Source: Macrostomum lignano (lineage: Eukaryota). From it: a stretch of 64,000 bases of DNA. The notes below the pieces were generated by a model. It saw only the letters and a program-made list of their open reading frames with translations. It searched no databases and was not told where the DNA came from. This document shows, in pieces, positions 1 to 13,255 of the stretch. A program made the translations under genes and the position numbers. The stretch covers positions 13,107-77,106 of the forward strand of contig NIVC01003780.1 in assembly GCA_002269645.1 (NCBI GenBank), given 5' to 3'. Every line of letters starts with the position of its first letter. Within the stretch, counting starts at the first letter, position 1.

Positions 1-880
1 CGCCCCTGAGCAGCCAAGAGAATCAACCCTAAACAGTCAAGAGAATCGCCCCTGAACAGTCAAGAGGATCGCCCCTGAACAGTCAAGAGGATCGCCCCTG
101 AACAGTCAAGAGAATCAACCCTGAACAGTCAAGAGAATCAACCCTGAACAGTCAAGAAAATCAACCCTGAACAGTCAAGAGAATCGCCCCTCAACAGTCA
201 AGAGAATCGCCCCTCAACAGTCAAGAGAATCGCCCCTGAACAGTCAAGAGAATCGCCCCTCAACAGTCAAGAGAATCAACCCTGAACAGTCAAGAGAATC
301 GCCCCTGAACAATCAAGAGAATCAACCCTGAACAGTCAAGAGAATCGCCCCTCAACAGTCAAGAGAATCGCCCCTCAACAGTCAAGAGAATCGCCCCTGA
401 ACAGTCAAGAGAATCGCCCCTGAACAGTCAAGAGAATCGCCCCTCAACAGTCAAGAGAATCGCCCCTTAACAGTCAAGAGAATCGCCCCTGAACAGTCAA
501 GAGAATCGCCCCTCAACAGTCAAGAGAATCGCCCCTCAACAGTCAAGAGAATCGCCCCTGAACAGTCAAGAGAATCGCCCCTCAACAGTCAAGAGAATCG
601 CCCCTGAACAGTCAAGAGAATCGCCCCTGAACAGTCAAGAGAATCGCCCCTGAACAGTCAAGAGAATCGCCCCTCAACAGTCAAGAGAATCGCCCCTCAA
701 CAGTCAAGAGAATCGCCCCTGAACAGTCAAGAGAATCGCCCCTCAACAGTCAAGAGAATCGCCCCTCAACAGTCAAGAGAATCGCCCCTGAACAGTCAAG
801 AGAATCGCCCCTGAACTTGACTGTTCAGAGAATCAACCCTGAGCAGTCAAGAGAATCGTCCCTGAACAGTCAAAGAGAAT
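1..880. repeat. 23-bp minisatellite (GAGAATCGCCCCTGAACAGTCAA), running off the left edge; locally inverted fragment at ~816-827
   Basis: Direct tandem units visible; TTGACTGTTCAG at ~816 is the reverse complement of the unit core. Confidence 0.95.
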
Positions 881-1045
881 CAAGTCCTAATGCCTTGAGA
901 ATCGCGCTTTATATGCACTCGTATCACAGAATTGGACCATAGTAAAAGGTGACAACAATTGAGACTAAACCCTAGTTTTTTTCTGTTGAAGATTGGCTCA
1001 CTGATTACAATTCGGTTTTGGTGAAATGCAACTGTTAGATTTCAG

Positions 1046-1127
1046 ATTTCACACTGGTCCTTCAGAGTTCACACTGGTCCTTCAGAGTTCACGCTGGTCC
1101 TTCAGAGTTCACACTGGTCTTTCAGTG
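1046..1127. repeat. 20-bp tandem repeat (TTCACACTGGTCCTTCAGAG) x4
   Basis: Direct repeats visible. Confidence 0.9.
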
Positions 1128-1754
1128 GACACGCTGTTAGTACGTCCTTTAATGGTCCCAGTAAATTTAGTTTTGTTTGAATAAGAAGAAAAATGTCAAA
1201 CCAAAAAACGTTAAGAGAATTAATTTGTTAAATATACCAAGAACTAAATTTAACAGAAAAAGTCATGTTTGTGACAAGCACTAAGCATATCCTAAAATCA
1301 AGTTGGCGGTATATTTAAAGAATTAATTAATAACTGTCAAGTATTTAACAAAAGCCGGAAGTAAAGAGAGAATAAAGATAATAGAGAACCAAGCACTTGC
1401 ATTTGCTATGATTGGAAGTTAAACAAGATAGGTCACTGGGTACAGTAGATTATAGAGAAAGTTAACGAAAGGACAATTTACACTATTTACATACTTTATT
1501 ACACCTATACGACGTAAACAGGTATATCAATAGATAAAATATTTACAATCGAAAAAATATGATTGAAATTCGATTTCTTAGAAAGCCAAATTGAACGTTA
1601 AAATAAATAAATGTCGGTTCTCTGACAACTGGTTGACACAAATGGTGAAACTAGAAGTATGCGGCAAGACTTCTTGCAGATTGAAATAAGTATTTTCAGA
1701 AAATGTGCATCGCTTAGATAGCCATTCTATTGTATTGAAAGGACCTCATCATAG

Positions 1755-2212
1755 TTTTGGGGTCCATTCCCTCTTTGTCACTTCAGTAGCTTTGTGGTCC
1801 ATTCCCTCTCTTGGCTTTGGGGTCCATTCCCTCTCTTGGCTTTGGGGTCTATTCCCTCTCTTGGCTTTGGGGTCCATTCCCTCTCTTGGCTTTGGGGTCC
1901 ATTCCCTCTCTTGGCTTTGGGGTCCATTCCCTCTCTTGGCTTTGGGGTCCATTCCCTCTCTTGGCTTTGGGGTCCATTCCCTCTCTTGGCTTTGGGGTCC
2001 ATTCCCTCTCTTGGCTTTGGGGTCCATTCCCTCTCTTGGCTTTGGGGTCCATTTCCCTTCTTGTCACTTCAGTAGCTTTGGGTTCCATGCATTTCCTCTC
2101 TTGTCACTCCAATAGCTTTGGGGTCCATGCATTTCCTCTCTTGTCACTCCAATAGCTTTGGGGTCCATGCATTTCCTCTCTTGTCACTCCAATAGCTTTG
2201 GGGTCCATGCAT
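1755..2212. repeat. 25-bp minisatellite (GGCTTTGGGGTCCATTCCCTCTCTT) grading into a related 40-bp unit
   Basis: Direct repeats; the 25-aa periodicity of the six-frame ORFs equals three 25-nt units. Confidence 0.95.
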
Positions 2213-3164
2213 TAGTGGTTTATGCAAATATGGACTAAACTAAACGAACAGGTGATTTAAACCAATCAGAGCCAAAACACGCACAGAAATTGCCGATAAT
2301 AAAAGCAAAAAATATGACATCTCAATTATTAAAATATGAATATATATATGAAGCATGAGCTACTTTGCATTTAGCATGAAAAATAAACTAGATGTTTTAG
2401 CATCAAGGTTAAACCTGTTTGGAAAACAGCTGCAAAGCACCCGGGTAAAGATAAAAACCTGCGCAAGATTTACTATTGCGCTTTTGTCTAGTTATACAAA
2501 AATAACTGAAACACGAATATAACAGAAGACTTTATAGTTATTGCACATTGGTTGAAACTCGCGCTAATGCAGTCTCAATGTAGACTACTAACAAATAGAA
2601 ATACTAATAGCAAAATAAATTTTCCAACCGCATAAATGAAATGCTAACGAAGTAAGGGAAACTAACAGTTTTGTTAAGTTTCTCTAACTTATTAAAATAT
2701 AGAGAAATACACACTCCTGATTTATACTACTAACAGTAAACTAATAGAATATGAAACGTCTTTTATTACATAGCACTTAGTAGTAGCAATAGCATAAAAT
2801 ATAGGATTTTTACGTGGATTAAACTGGTTATATTACAGATTGAATAAAATGAAAGCAAAAAATAAGCAGCATGATACAATAATGGCATAGAAAAAATGCT
2901 TGCTTGTCGATACAGGCTAACTAACCAATGGGCCAATTAAGTACAACAGTCAACAGTGCATAGTTTACCTAAACTGCGTACATGCGAATAAGATTGTCTA
3001 AATAGGCATGCATTTATTAGCATAGCTGTTTGGCAAAACACATTAAAAATGCTATTAACTTCATCTGTTTCAGATGGGGAACAGAAACAGGCTGACAGAA
3101 AGAAACTAACACGTTCGGACAGACCCCAAAAGACTGAGATACAGAACCCAATACAGACAGACAC

Positions 3165-3860
3165 CAGCTAGCAAACAGACCAACAGACAACAGCACAGAC
3201 CAACAGACTAACAGCACAGACCAACAGACAACAGCACAGACCAACAGAAAAGATCAACAGACTAACAGCGCAGACCAACAGACTAACAGCACAGACCAAC
3301 AGACAACAGCACAGACTAACAGAACAGACCAACAGACAACAGCACAGACTAACAGAACAGACCAACAGACAACAGCACAGACTAACAGAACAGACCAACA
3401 GACAACAGCACAGACTAACAGAACAGACCAACAGACAACAGCACAGACTAACAGAACAGACCAACAGACAACAGCACAGACTAACAGAACAGACCAACAG
3501 ACAACAGCACAGACTAACAGAACAGACCAACAGACAACAGCACAGACTAACAGAACAGACCAACAGACAACAGCACAGACCAAGAGACTAACAGCACAGA
3601 CCAACAGACTAACAGCACAGACCAACAGACTAACAGCACAGACCAACAGACTAACAGCACAGACCAACAGACTAACAGCAAAGACCAACAGACTAACAGC
3701 ACAGACCAACAGACTAACAGCGCAGACCAACAGACTAACAGCACAGACCAACAGACAACAGCACAGACCAACAGACTAACAGCGCAGACCAACAGACTAA
3801 CAGCGCAGACCAACAGACTAACAGCGCAGACCAACAGACAACAGCACAGATTAACACAGA
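3165..3860. repeat. Compound 21/33-bp minisatellite built from CAGACCAA / CAGACTAA / CAGCA blocks
   Basis: Direct repeats visible. Confidence 0.95.
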
Positions 3861-3960
3861 CAGACAGATCAGATACAAAATAGAAGTCTTTCATCACTTA
3901 TTATCAGTGCAAAGTGCCGCAGAGGTTTATCAACTAGCTTTAAAAAAATTCTACAGCAAA

Positions 3961-4572
3961 TCACAAGTCCCGTTCTATAAGTTCCAAATCTAACAGTTCG
4001 GAAGCTTCCGCAATAAAATCGCTACAAACGTCGGATTCATAAGCTTCCTCATCGCCCTCGTCTGCATCGCAGCAGCCCAGCTGGTTGGCGTTGCTATTAT
4101 CGAGAATGCTGTCGCTGTCTTTAGTAACGGCAACCGGAGTTTCAACAGCGTTAGCCACATCGGGCAGTCCAACTAAGAAGCTGCGAGATTTGCTGCACAG
4201 AACAACCCGACGCTTCCTATTCGACTCGGACGACTGTCGAACAGACGACTCAGACGATGACTGATTCTCGTCAGAATAGTCGGACTGCTTCAAACGGAGC
4301 AAAGATTCCAAATCGTTGGCCAGAGCGCCAGGTCGAACGGGCACTGGTCGCAATAAATCAGTGTGCAATGACAACGATTGGCAGAGCCGTTTAGGCGGCA
4401 ACGGCGGCGGACTGCTAGACTGAGGCGGCTGCTCTATAACTGCCGATATGTAGCCGGCAGTTTTGCCTCTTTGCTGGCGATTACTGCTAGCACCACTGCG
4501 ATCAACAGTAGATGAAATAGTGGGGAGTCCAATAGACTTTCTGGGCTGGCTTAGCATTGGCAGATTTGACAT
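3961..4572 (-). CDS. Hypothetical 203-aa Ser/acidic, probably disordered protein with a PPPLPPKR (class II SH3-binding-like) motif; may be the terminal exon of a larger gene
   Basis: 612-bp ORF that is GC-rich against AT-rich flanks, non-repetitive, with a candidate acceptor (TTCCAG) just upstream of the ATG; family not recognised. Confidence 0.6.
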   Translation of the reverse strand: MSNLPMLSQPRKSIGLPTISSTVDRSGASSNRQQRGKTAGYISAVIEQPPQSSSPPPLPPKRLCQSLSLHTDLLRPVPVRPGALANDLESLLRLKQSDYSDENQSSSESSVRQSSESNRKRRVVLCSKSRSFLVGLPDVANAVETPVAVTKDSDSILDNSNANQLGCCDADEGDEEAYESDVCSDFIAEASELLDLELIERDL

Positions 4573-4679
4573 ACTTGTCTGGAATTCGAGTGGTAATCAG
4601 AGTTTGTGTGTCTGCTAGGTTTTTTATTTGTCCTACCATAGTGATGACTATGGCTATGGAAGGGGGCTGTAGCCCCATA

Positions 4680-4780
4680 GCCTAGTGGTCTAGGGTAGCG
4701 GCCCAGGCCCGATTCCAAATTGGGCTAAATTGGAATCTTGCCTTGGCTTTGCTTGTGCAATTAACAACATTGAAAGCAAT
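4680..4780 (+). mobile_element. Degenerate fragment of tRNA-derived SINE family 2
   Basis: GCGGCCCAGGCCCGATTCC and GCTAAATTGGAATCT...GCAATTAAC match the copy at 57706-57850. Confidence 0.65.
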
Positions 4781-5199
4781 ATTGCTAATGACAATATTGC
4801 TTTCAAATTAATACAAATTTAATAGTTTTTGTTATAATATACAAAACATTTTAAGTTGTAAAAAATTCTTTAAAATGTGACCTCCTAGTATACATAGGCG
4901 CAGAGCAACGCAGAGGAAACCAACTTGTTTGCTTACTTACAAATTTAAATACTGCCTATTACTGCATTTTCTATGAAACATTCAAATAAAAGTTTAACCA
5001 ATAATTTGCAAATGGAAAATATATATTTTTGTTTTTTTTTAAGTTTTAGCAGACAGCATAAGCAGAATTTTTTGATTATGATAGGAATAATCTGGTGCAA
5101 GCACTTTTTTGATAGGATTTGTTCTTACACATAGTGCAATCAAACTTTTTGATAGGATTTGTTTTGGTATATAGCACAATAAAACTTTTTGATAGAATT

Positions 5200-6480
5200 T
5201 GTTCCAAAGCAGGCGTGCCATGCCATGATCCTGACTCCATACCATGTCCGGATCATGCTAAGGGCACACCCAAACAAAAATTGAATAATTACAAATGCAT
5301 ACAGAAAAAAATTTTGTGTATGCCATTAGTAAAAAATATGGTGGTGTTGTGACAATAAATGACCTTTTTATGTTCTGACAATAAATGATCTTCAATTGTG
5401 TAATCGACCTATACATGCGCAACCCCCCTGATTTATACTGGCCATGCGACTTACTTTTTGACCAAAAATGCAACTTACTTGTAAAAGAAACCTTAATGCA
5501 ATTTTGAATAAACAGCAGGAGTAACTATGATTGTCTTATAAGGGCTAAATGCCTTGTCATCTAATTAGTACTATGTCTGCATTCTTTGGGCTGGGCATTT
5601 TTGCGACTTACCCCTGGTCCACCACAATTTACAGTGGCCAGATTGGCCAGGTTGGCTAGCAGTTGCGCATGTATGATTAGACCCCTACTAACAGATAATT
5701 TAGTTGATTTTTATGCTTTTTGGCATTATTATTCATAGCAAATAATTAATTAAATGCAAAGATTTATGAAAATACTTATTTATGAGCTTGAAAAAACTGG
5801 AAAGTTTGAAATTTATGCTTGAAATTTAACTTTTTCAGTTTTCTTTTACTTCCCAATAACTTTTATGCATGATTCTATAAATTGCACGCCAGGTGTGCAT
5901 GCATACTTTTTTCCTAGGAATGATGCATGCCAATTGTGCATACCCAAATTTTTGGGCATATACTGATCTAGAGTATGGACTCCATAGTCTGGATCATGCT
6001 GGGTACACGCCTGAACAAAATAAGAATAATTACAAATGCATGCCAAAAAAAATTTAGTACATGCCCATTCCCAAAAATACATTGGTGTTGCAACAATAAA
6101 TTACCTTTTTTACATTGTGACAATGAATGACCCTTTTTCAATTGCCTAATAGACCCTTATTAGCAGATAATTTTGTTGATTTTTATACGTTTTTTGCCAA
6201 TATACTTTTTATAGCAGAAATTTGATACACATAAAGATTTGTTTAAATGCTTTTTGCAAGCTAAAAAACTGGAAAGTTTTTGCTAAAAAATACCTTTTTT
6301 CATTTTTTCTACTTCACAATAACTCTAAGGCGTGATTCTATCAAGTGCATGCCAAGTATGCATGCATAGGCCTACTATTTTTTCAAAAGTGATATATGCC
6401 AACTGTGCATGCCTAATTTTGGCATGCAAGGCCAATGCATGCCCAAAATTTTGGGCATATACTACATGATCCAGAATGTG
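5200..6480. repeat. Old, diverged tandem duplication of AT-rich sequence (blocks recurring at ~740 bp and ~470 bp spacing)
   Basis: TACAAATGCAT...GGTGTTG..ACAATAAAT.ACCTTTTT at ~5290 and ~6030; similarity between ~5700-5960 and ~6165-6460. Confidence 0.6.
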
Positions 6481-8108
6481 GTCCTGACTATGGATCCCTG
6501 TCACCTTCCCAGTTTTTCCTATGGGCATGGCCTTGGGCTAGGCTAGGGCTAGGCCTAGGTCTATTGGTATTCAGGCCTAGACCATGAGAATTAGGCCCTA
6601 GGCCTAGGCTAGACTCTATGCCTAAAAAACAAGCCTAGGGAACTTGTAATTTACGATTTATAAGCCTGGCCCTGCGTAGATGTAGATCTAAAACCAGCTC
6701 AGTTAAGCCACTAGGCCCCTATAGTTTAACAAAAAAATGGGTATCCATCAAAAAGCTTGAAGTTTTTAATAACATTTCTATCCTTAGATAGACTAGCTAG
6801 TTAGAGTAATCGAGTATAGTTAGACTAGGCATAGAACAAAATAAAAAAGTAGAATGCTGTAAGCTGTTTAGGTTATGCCCATGGCTTTAGTTTGGTTTCT
6901 AATTCTTAGGCCTAACTCTTCGAATGCCAAAATCAACGCCAACGAATATTCATCAATAAAATTATATAGACTTAGTTTTTATATAGATAGTAGGCCTACT
7001 AGCCCTAGGCCTCCAGCCTAAAGTAAAGTGAAAACATTATTAATGTTCTTTCAATATTCAATATTATATTACGGTGTATTTTAATATTTGAAACGATCGC
7101 CTTCACTTTACAAGAAACAATCGTTTACAGTCGTGCTCGCGGTGTGCTCGCACACAAAATGCCTTAAGCTTTAACAACGTAGTCTACTAGTCTGTAAACG
7201 GTCAAAATTGGTTAATTGAGGTTTCGTAACGGGAAGTTCTCTCCCACGAGAGTTAGACCACGCGAGATTTCTTCTAGCTTAGTTCACTTCGTCGAACTTT
7301 TCCCACGGTTACAGAGATTTTGCGACCGAGTTTTCACCACCAATCTTTCTACCGATCGAGAGTTCCTCGCGGCCGGATTATATTTTTGTTCTTATTGCCC
7401 AGCCTTTTTCGACTCAGTTCAATTCTTAGTTGCTGATTTTTCATCGAAATCGAAGGTGATTCGGAAAGCGCGCCAGCTGCTGGGAGAATTACATACCTAT
7501 TTTGTTCCAGTTACAAGTATCGGACATTGCATGATTTCTAGCACAAAACAAATAAATATTTGGCAAAAGAGTGCGGTTTTCTGGGGAATGATTTTTGGGG
7601 TCCCGGTGGCTGGTTTTAACATAGAAATGAGATGACATACTTGCTAAAGGATTTTGATAATTGTAATATGCCAATTTAATTCAGCATAATTTTATATTTC
7701 TTTGTGAAGATCTAAACCTACCTCATGGCAATTCATTGGCCGGTTCTAGCGAACCAAAAATAGCTTAGCTCTTCACCGGTATAATGACGTAAACCTGTGT
7801 CTATAATATGTCTAATAAAAAAGCCAGCAGGCCTTGTATAATGCATGACGTGTACTGCATTTATATAATAAAGAACTAAAAAAATGAGTAACTTCTAAAT
7901 TTACCTGTCGTATACAATATTTTTATCTCTCACCATTACTCTCGACGCCCATTACAAACAGAAAAAAGTAATTAAAATAAAACCATCAATTACACCGAAG
8001 CTGCATATATGTGTACATGTATAATATTAATTCAGGTACGATTTTAATGTTATAAAAATTAATAACAATAATTGCTTACTTCATACCTGCCCTACTACGT
8101 GCAATGGG

Positions 8109-8186
8109 GCCAATGTGCAACCGACAGCTCAGCCGCAGCTATTGCGCGGCGCATCTCTGAAGGCAGCTGCGTAGGGCTGTTCAGTC
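8109..8186 (-). mobile_element. 3' fragment of SINE family 1
   Basis: Reverse complement matches 55856-55931 (GACTGAACAGCC...GCTGTCGGTTGCACA). Confidence 0.75.
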
Positions 8187-9494
8187 AGTAGACTGCTATA
8201 GGGGGGGAGGGGTCGCCACATCACACCCTCGCAATTATTGGCACATAAAGCAATGCAGAGCTAGTGTGCCTTCCCGTAACACAATTAGACGTCCCCGTGA
8301 GGATGCAAATACGTCTCTTGGGGACGTATAATTCTAAGCCGCAAAAGTAGATAAAAGAAAGCCAGAGACACGCATAGTTCTTAAAAATCACTGGAAAATG
8401 GGAAAATATGGCTTGTTTTGTAGTAAAACATCAAGGCTAAGAATTTTTTATGAGTAATGTATGCATTATATACGTATCGTTTCGTATTTTTGGGACGAAA
8501 GAAACGAGAGGGAGAAAGTTTTTTTAATATGAATAATTTTAAATCAATATCATTTTTACTTATACCCAACTAGCTGTTCATTGTAATAAGCAAATTCACC
8601 ATAATAATATATAATACATTCAGCTAGAATTGTTTTAACTAGTAAATTTAAACTCACAAATATAATGTGACAGCGCGCGCACTATGCACACTCATTCATT
8701 GTTCAGCGCTGATGCGTCTAGACTTAGTGGACCACATCAATTTCAAATTATTGCTACGCATCCTGTATAATATGAGATTTTAGTGTGTGCAGTAAACATA
8801 TGTTTTCCTCACTAATGTTCGTAAGCACTAATAATTGAGTACGTTTATAAATAAATATAATTCTATAGACATGACAAAAATTGGGAGCCCAATCAAGTAT
8901 ATACCAAATAATCAGGCGCTGTAAATTTTTGTATGTCTTTTTGCAATAAACTACCATGGATTTGTAATCTGATTATTTATGATGCGTGTAGTGATATATT
9001 AGTGCCATATTTATTTTGCTTAATATTTGTTTGGTACTTAATTGCTTTATCTAGAGTACCATAGCTTATGTGTATCTCATGCCTGATATGATTTAGTAGT
9101 TAATCAACATTTCATGTGTAATTGAATAGTGCTCAAAATCATGGAATATCTCGATTTTTATTGAGTAATTTGCCAAATTTACACAAGAGTTAAACCCACT
9201 GTGATGGCTCATTAGAATTAGTTTTTACTTTTTCCTCATTTGAGCTTTAAAAGTTGCATGCATGCAACCATTTGTTAGTATCTAAATATGTTGATAAGTT
9301 AAGAATTGCTCCAGAAATTTCATTAGTTGTGGGGTTTTTGCTTATAAATCTTATTAATGTTAGTTTTATAATTGGAATGTAGCATAATTATGACAATGGC
9401 TAAGAAATAAACAGTGATTTTATGCTACTAGTTTTCAAATATTATTGTTATTAGATTATTAAATTATAAGATTGCTACAGATGACGGGTCTATG

Positions 9495-9635
9495 ACATTT
9501 TACTGCCTCAATTTGACTGCCACAAATTGACTGCCATCCTTTTGACTGTTGACAATTTGACTGCTGGTCATTTGACTGCTGCCATTTTGACTCCCAGCAA
9601 CATTTGACTGCTAGTGACATTTGACTGCCACTCAC
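9495..9635 (+). repeat. Cluster of about 10 TTTGACTG-like motifs with variable short spacers
   Basis: Motif repeated every ~14-18 bp with non-identical spacers. Confidence 0.85.
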
Positions 9636-9891
9636 ACTTTGAATATGAATCTAAGCAATTTCCTTAGCTGCCATAGTTGTATGCTTCATTGCTTTGCATT
9701 CAACTTTTGTTATCAATATTGACTTTTCAAAAACTGAGCATCCATGCCTCGTACCTGATTACATACAATAGTTTGCTTGTGCTTATTATGGTTTACAAAA
9801 TTTCTGATTAAATGGTACGCAGGCTCAATGTTTACACTACATTTGCATTGCAGTTGATCACTCAAATTATTTGTTGTAACCCCTTTTGCAG

Positions 9892-10460
9892 AGGAAGTAT
9901 TGCGCTGGTCGGGCAGAAAATGCCGTTAAAATATCAGATGCCGTGTCGGCAATGCTGGTTTGGACGGCAAAGCCGTCCGTTTTGTGCAACTACAATATGG
10001 AAGGCCGAAGAGGCGACAAGCAAAAGTTGCCTGCACCAGTGGCCGACTGCGTAGTTGGTGAGTCTCTTGGTTTGCACTGCTCTTTTAAAATAAACGCGTG
10101 GGACTCATGCAAACTCTTAAACGCATTTTTTCAGGAGTCGTGCTGGACTCAAAATCCCTCCGCCGCCAGTTGGGATGCGTCAGTGCCAGATCCTTTGTCG
10201 GCAGCGTCTTAAAGCGAATGAAACGGAAGTCCCAATCTGGTGCCGAATGCCTTGGTGTCGACAATGCAAACGAGCACACGGACAGTCGCGAAGAGACGGC
10301 CGAAACAGTCGAGCCGAGTGGAGAGACTGACGAGGAGATAGACGAGGAGATGGACGAGGAGATCGACGAAGAGATGGACGAGGAGATCGACGAAGAGATC
10401 GACGAGGAGATCGACGAGGTCAACGAAGAGATGAACGAGGCAGATGTAGAGAGCGACTGA
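9892..10460 (+). CDS. Two 3' exons (9892-10057, 10135-10460) of a DUF4806/BEN-like helical-domain protein with an acidic DEE(I/M) repeat tail; 5' exons not found
   Basis: TTTTGCAG acceptor, G|GTGAGT phase-1 donor and TTTTTCAG|GA acceptor join in frame; LCNYNMEGRRGDKQKLP...VV.GVV resembles the DUF4806 pattern (recognised from memory). Confidence 0.55.
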
Positions 10461-12289
10461 CTCGACTGCAACCGACCCCACCCCACCCCGACTCTGCAGC
10501 TCCACCCACTCTGTCCCATTCTCACTCGTGCGCACGCGTCGCGACGAACTGTCTCTCTCATTCTCACTGTCTCTCATTTCCCACTGTCTCTCGCACTCCC
10601 ACTTTGTCCCTCTATCTCTCTCATTCTCCCCTTTAACTCTCTCCCTCTCTTTCTCTAACTTTCTCACTCTCACTCTCGGTGTGAGGTGTAGAATTTGTTG
10701 CTAAACGACTTTTTCAACCACGCAAACTGATGCCTCATTTTTTCTGCCATTTTTTCTCTATGTTGATAAAGATTGATGCTTAAAACTGAGTGAAATTTGC
10801 TGATTTTAATGAGCATTTTCATACCCCAATGGCAGTTGTTATTTTGACATGAGGCATCAGTTTGTGTGATTGCAAAATTTGTTTAGCAAGAAATTCTACA
10901 CCTCACACATCACAAATCTCAGCATCACTGCCATAGCAACCAACTTTAATCCATCAAATTTGTGTTACAATCTCTTGTTGAAGTTTTCTGTTCAGGGAAA
11001 TTTGTTAAAAGTTGTTCTGACATTTTGTTATAAAGTTTTTTTCTACGTCACCCTCACGTAGATATAAGTATTTACATTACTTTTTAAAATCAATTTTAAA
11101 CACGTACAAACTACAGTAATGTGAATCACTAAGTACACATATGAGAACCTTAGAACCGCATCTCGTATGCGTGGAAATCATACAGTTTTGTATGTGTTTG
11201 TGTGAAGTACTCGAGGTCTGCAGCTCTATTAAATTCAGTTTTTTGTTTGGCGTGAAATTTTGCCGCAGAGTCAGTCCGTGCAGAAGTGCAACAAGGATGG
11301 CAAATGCATGCGGTCGAGTTATTATGAAGGTCTCATAGGAGTCGCCTGGGGACGGCCATGGCACGTCTCGAAATTTCGTATCGGACACGTATCTGCAACT
11401 ATCAAAAGTACTGTCCCTGAGACGAAACTTCTGGACCTCGGGGGGACGTCTCCGATACGTATCGATACGAAAAATTGCGTTACGGGCTTGCTCAATGACC
11501 CAATTTTTTTCGAGTGAGTCGAGCATCGAACCCCGACCTTTGAGTAGTGAATCCGACACTCATCAAGGACCACTGTAGTACCTCGTATAACAGCAGGAAA
11601 TAAAACTAATTTATAAATTATAAAAATAAACTAAATTGCTAAATTAAAGAAATAATAATAATCTCTATAACCACTCTAACCACCAGGCTACAACCCCCTA
11701 ATACGAGCTAATAAAACAAAAACAATATAAAAAGTATTCATAGCAAATTTATTTTATAGCAGCTGCACCTTAGTGATGGGTTTCAACCTTCCGGCCCCCT
11801 TGTGGGGAAGCCTTCGGGCCTCAGGTCTCAGAAATAAATCAATTAGAGACCTGGCCCCCTGCAGTTCTGTCAGATGGTCAGCCCCATGGTAGCTTGATCG
11901 TGTGGCGAGCAGTCTAGGTCCTATAGATAAGAGAGGGACAGCGAGAGACGAGCAGGGAGAATTTGAAGGTAGAAATTAGTTAATCCGCAGATTAGCTAAC
12001 TCGCTGCCACCAGCCCGTACGTCCTGGCTCACCACACCGGAACTCTCGAAATCGGGCTTCCGACTAGAAGGGGCTTTGCACTTACCTGCCAACTAGTGTC
12101 TTTTTGCTGTCAATCTCGAAGTCATAGCCGATGATAAGGGACACTGCTGGGACTAGATCGCATTGGCCATGCAGGTACAGAGGGGACTTTTGCAGGGGAT
12201 TCTTGCAGTGGCGAGTCTATGGGGTAGCTACATGTAGCTCGTACTATTACATTGCTAAATACGAAGATATGTACTTTTGGCCTTCAACG

Positions 12290-12502
12290 CGCCAACTAGC
12301 CTCTCCTAGCGCTGATGATAGGCTAACTCGAACTTCAGAGACCTCGCATGATTCATTACCCGAGCCGCTTGGCTACCCTAGGGTGCACAAAGTACATCTC
12401 TGGCGCCGATTCTGCACTTCTGGCAGTTTTGCTCACTGATTTGATAGATTGGTCGACTGAGAACTGCCTTGCCATTGGTCCACTGTGACCGGCGCCTACT
12501 AG
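12290..12502 (+). pseudogene. Possible highly degenerate non-LTR (LINE) reverse transcriptase fragment, interrupted by the element at 12503
   Basis: PLLALMIG*L...KY...AD...LTDLIDWSTENCLAI loosely parallels the PLLFLxMINDL / KYxDD / LxxLxxWxxxNxL RT motifs; contains stops. Confidence 0.25.
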
Positions 12503-13255
12503 CCCAGTGGCAAAGCCGCGCTCGGCCCGAGCTCGGCCCGCCGAGATCGGGCCGAGCTCGGCGGGTTGACGGCGGTTCTAGCTCGGGTCGACGACCTCGG
12601 GCCGAGGTCGGCTGACCGCGGTAATGCCGAGTAGCTTTGCACTATACTTTGTATTCAGCTTTTATAAAGCTTATATTGCTTCTTACAGATTGACTACATG
12701 TAGTGCCACTTTCACTTTCTATCACTTGTTGTTCTGTACAATTCGGTATTACATGAAAAAGAAAAGGTGAATGGGAAAACGACATGACACGAATCGATTT
12801 AAAAGTCCCAAGTCATTCCTAGCATATGTTAGTGTATTGCAGTGGTAATGTATATGAGCCTAGTTTAACTATTTTAATTGATTTCCCCTCGGAATTAGAT
12901 ACGTAAGATATATTAGATATCCACCAGACTCAGTTCCTCGATCTATAGCTCTGCACAAATATACACAACCAACAACCAACCATGTCCAGGATTAAATGAT
13001 TGTGAAATAAGAACGATTTAGAAGAACTTAAAATAATTTAATTAAAAGAAAACCGCAACAGTAAATCCACCACAAGCACACTAGTGTATTATCAAATGCT
13101 ATTAATGATACAAGATTAACTTTTCAACCAATAAGCAAGAAAAGAAACAGAAAAAGTTGCTAAACAGTTGAAAACAGAGGTTGGGTTAAGGGTTGCGATA
13201 CGGATTTGGTTGAGCATTATTTAACATTATAAACTGTAAAGACTTCACTTTAGAT

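Noticed and set aside
1705-3897. Repetitive ORFs over the 25-bp and 21/33-bp arrays
   Set aside because: Open in several frames on both strands, as expected for minisatellites
6520-6630. CTAGGC/AGGCCT-rich patch as a structured element
   Set aside because: Similar TAGGCCTA-type words recur diffusely (e.g. 22480-22640, 23030); looks like compositional low complexity
7216-7635. 139-aa ORF with a non-ATG start
   Set aside because: No ATG, no recognisable motif, no consistent splice context; more likely a CpG-rich promoter or UTR
10085-10673. Minus-strand ORFs (ISSS repeat; Glu/Arg-rich)
   Set aside because: Antisense to the spliced acidic-repeat exon and to a CT-rich tract
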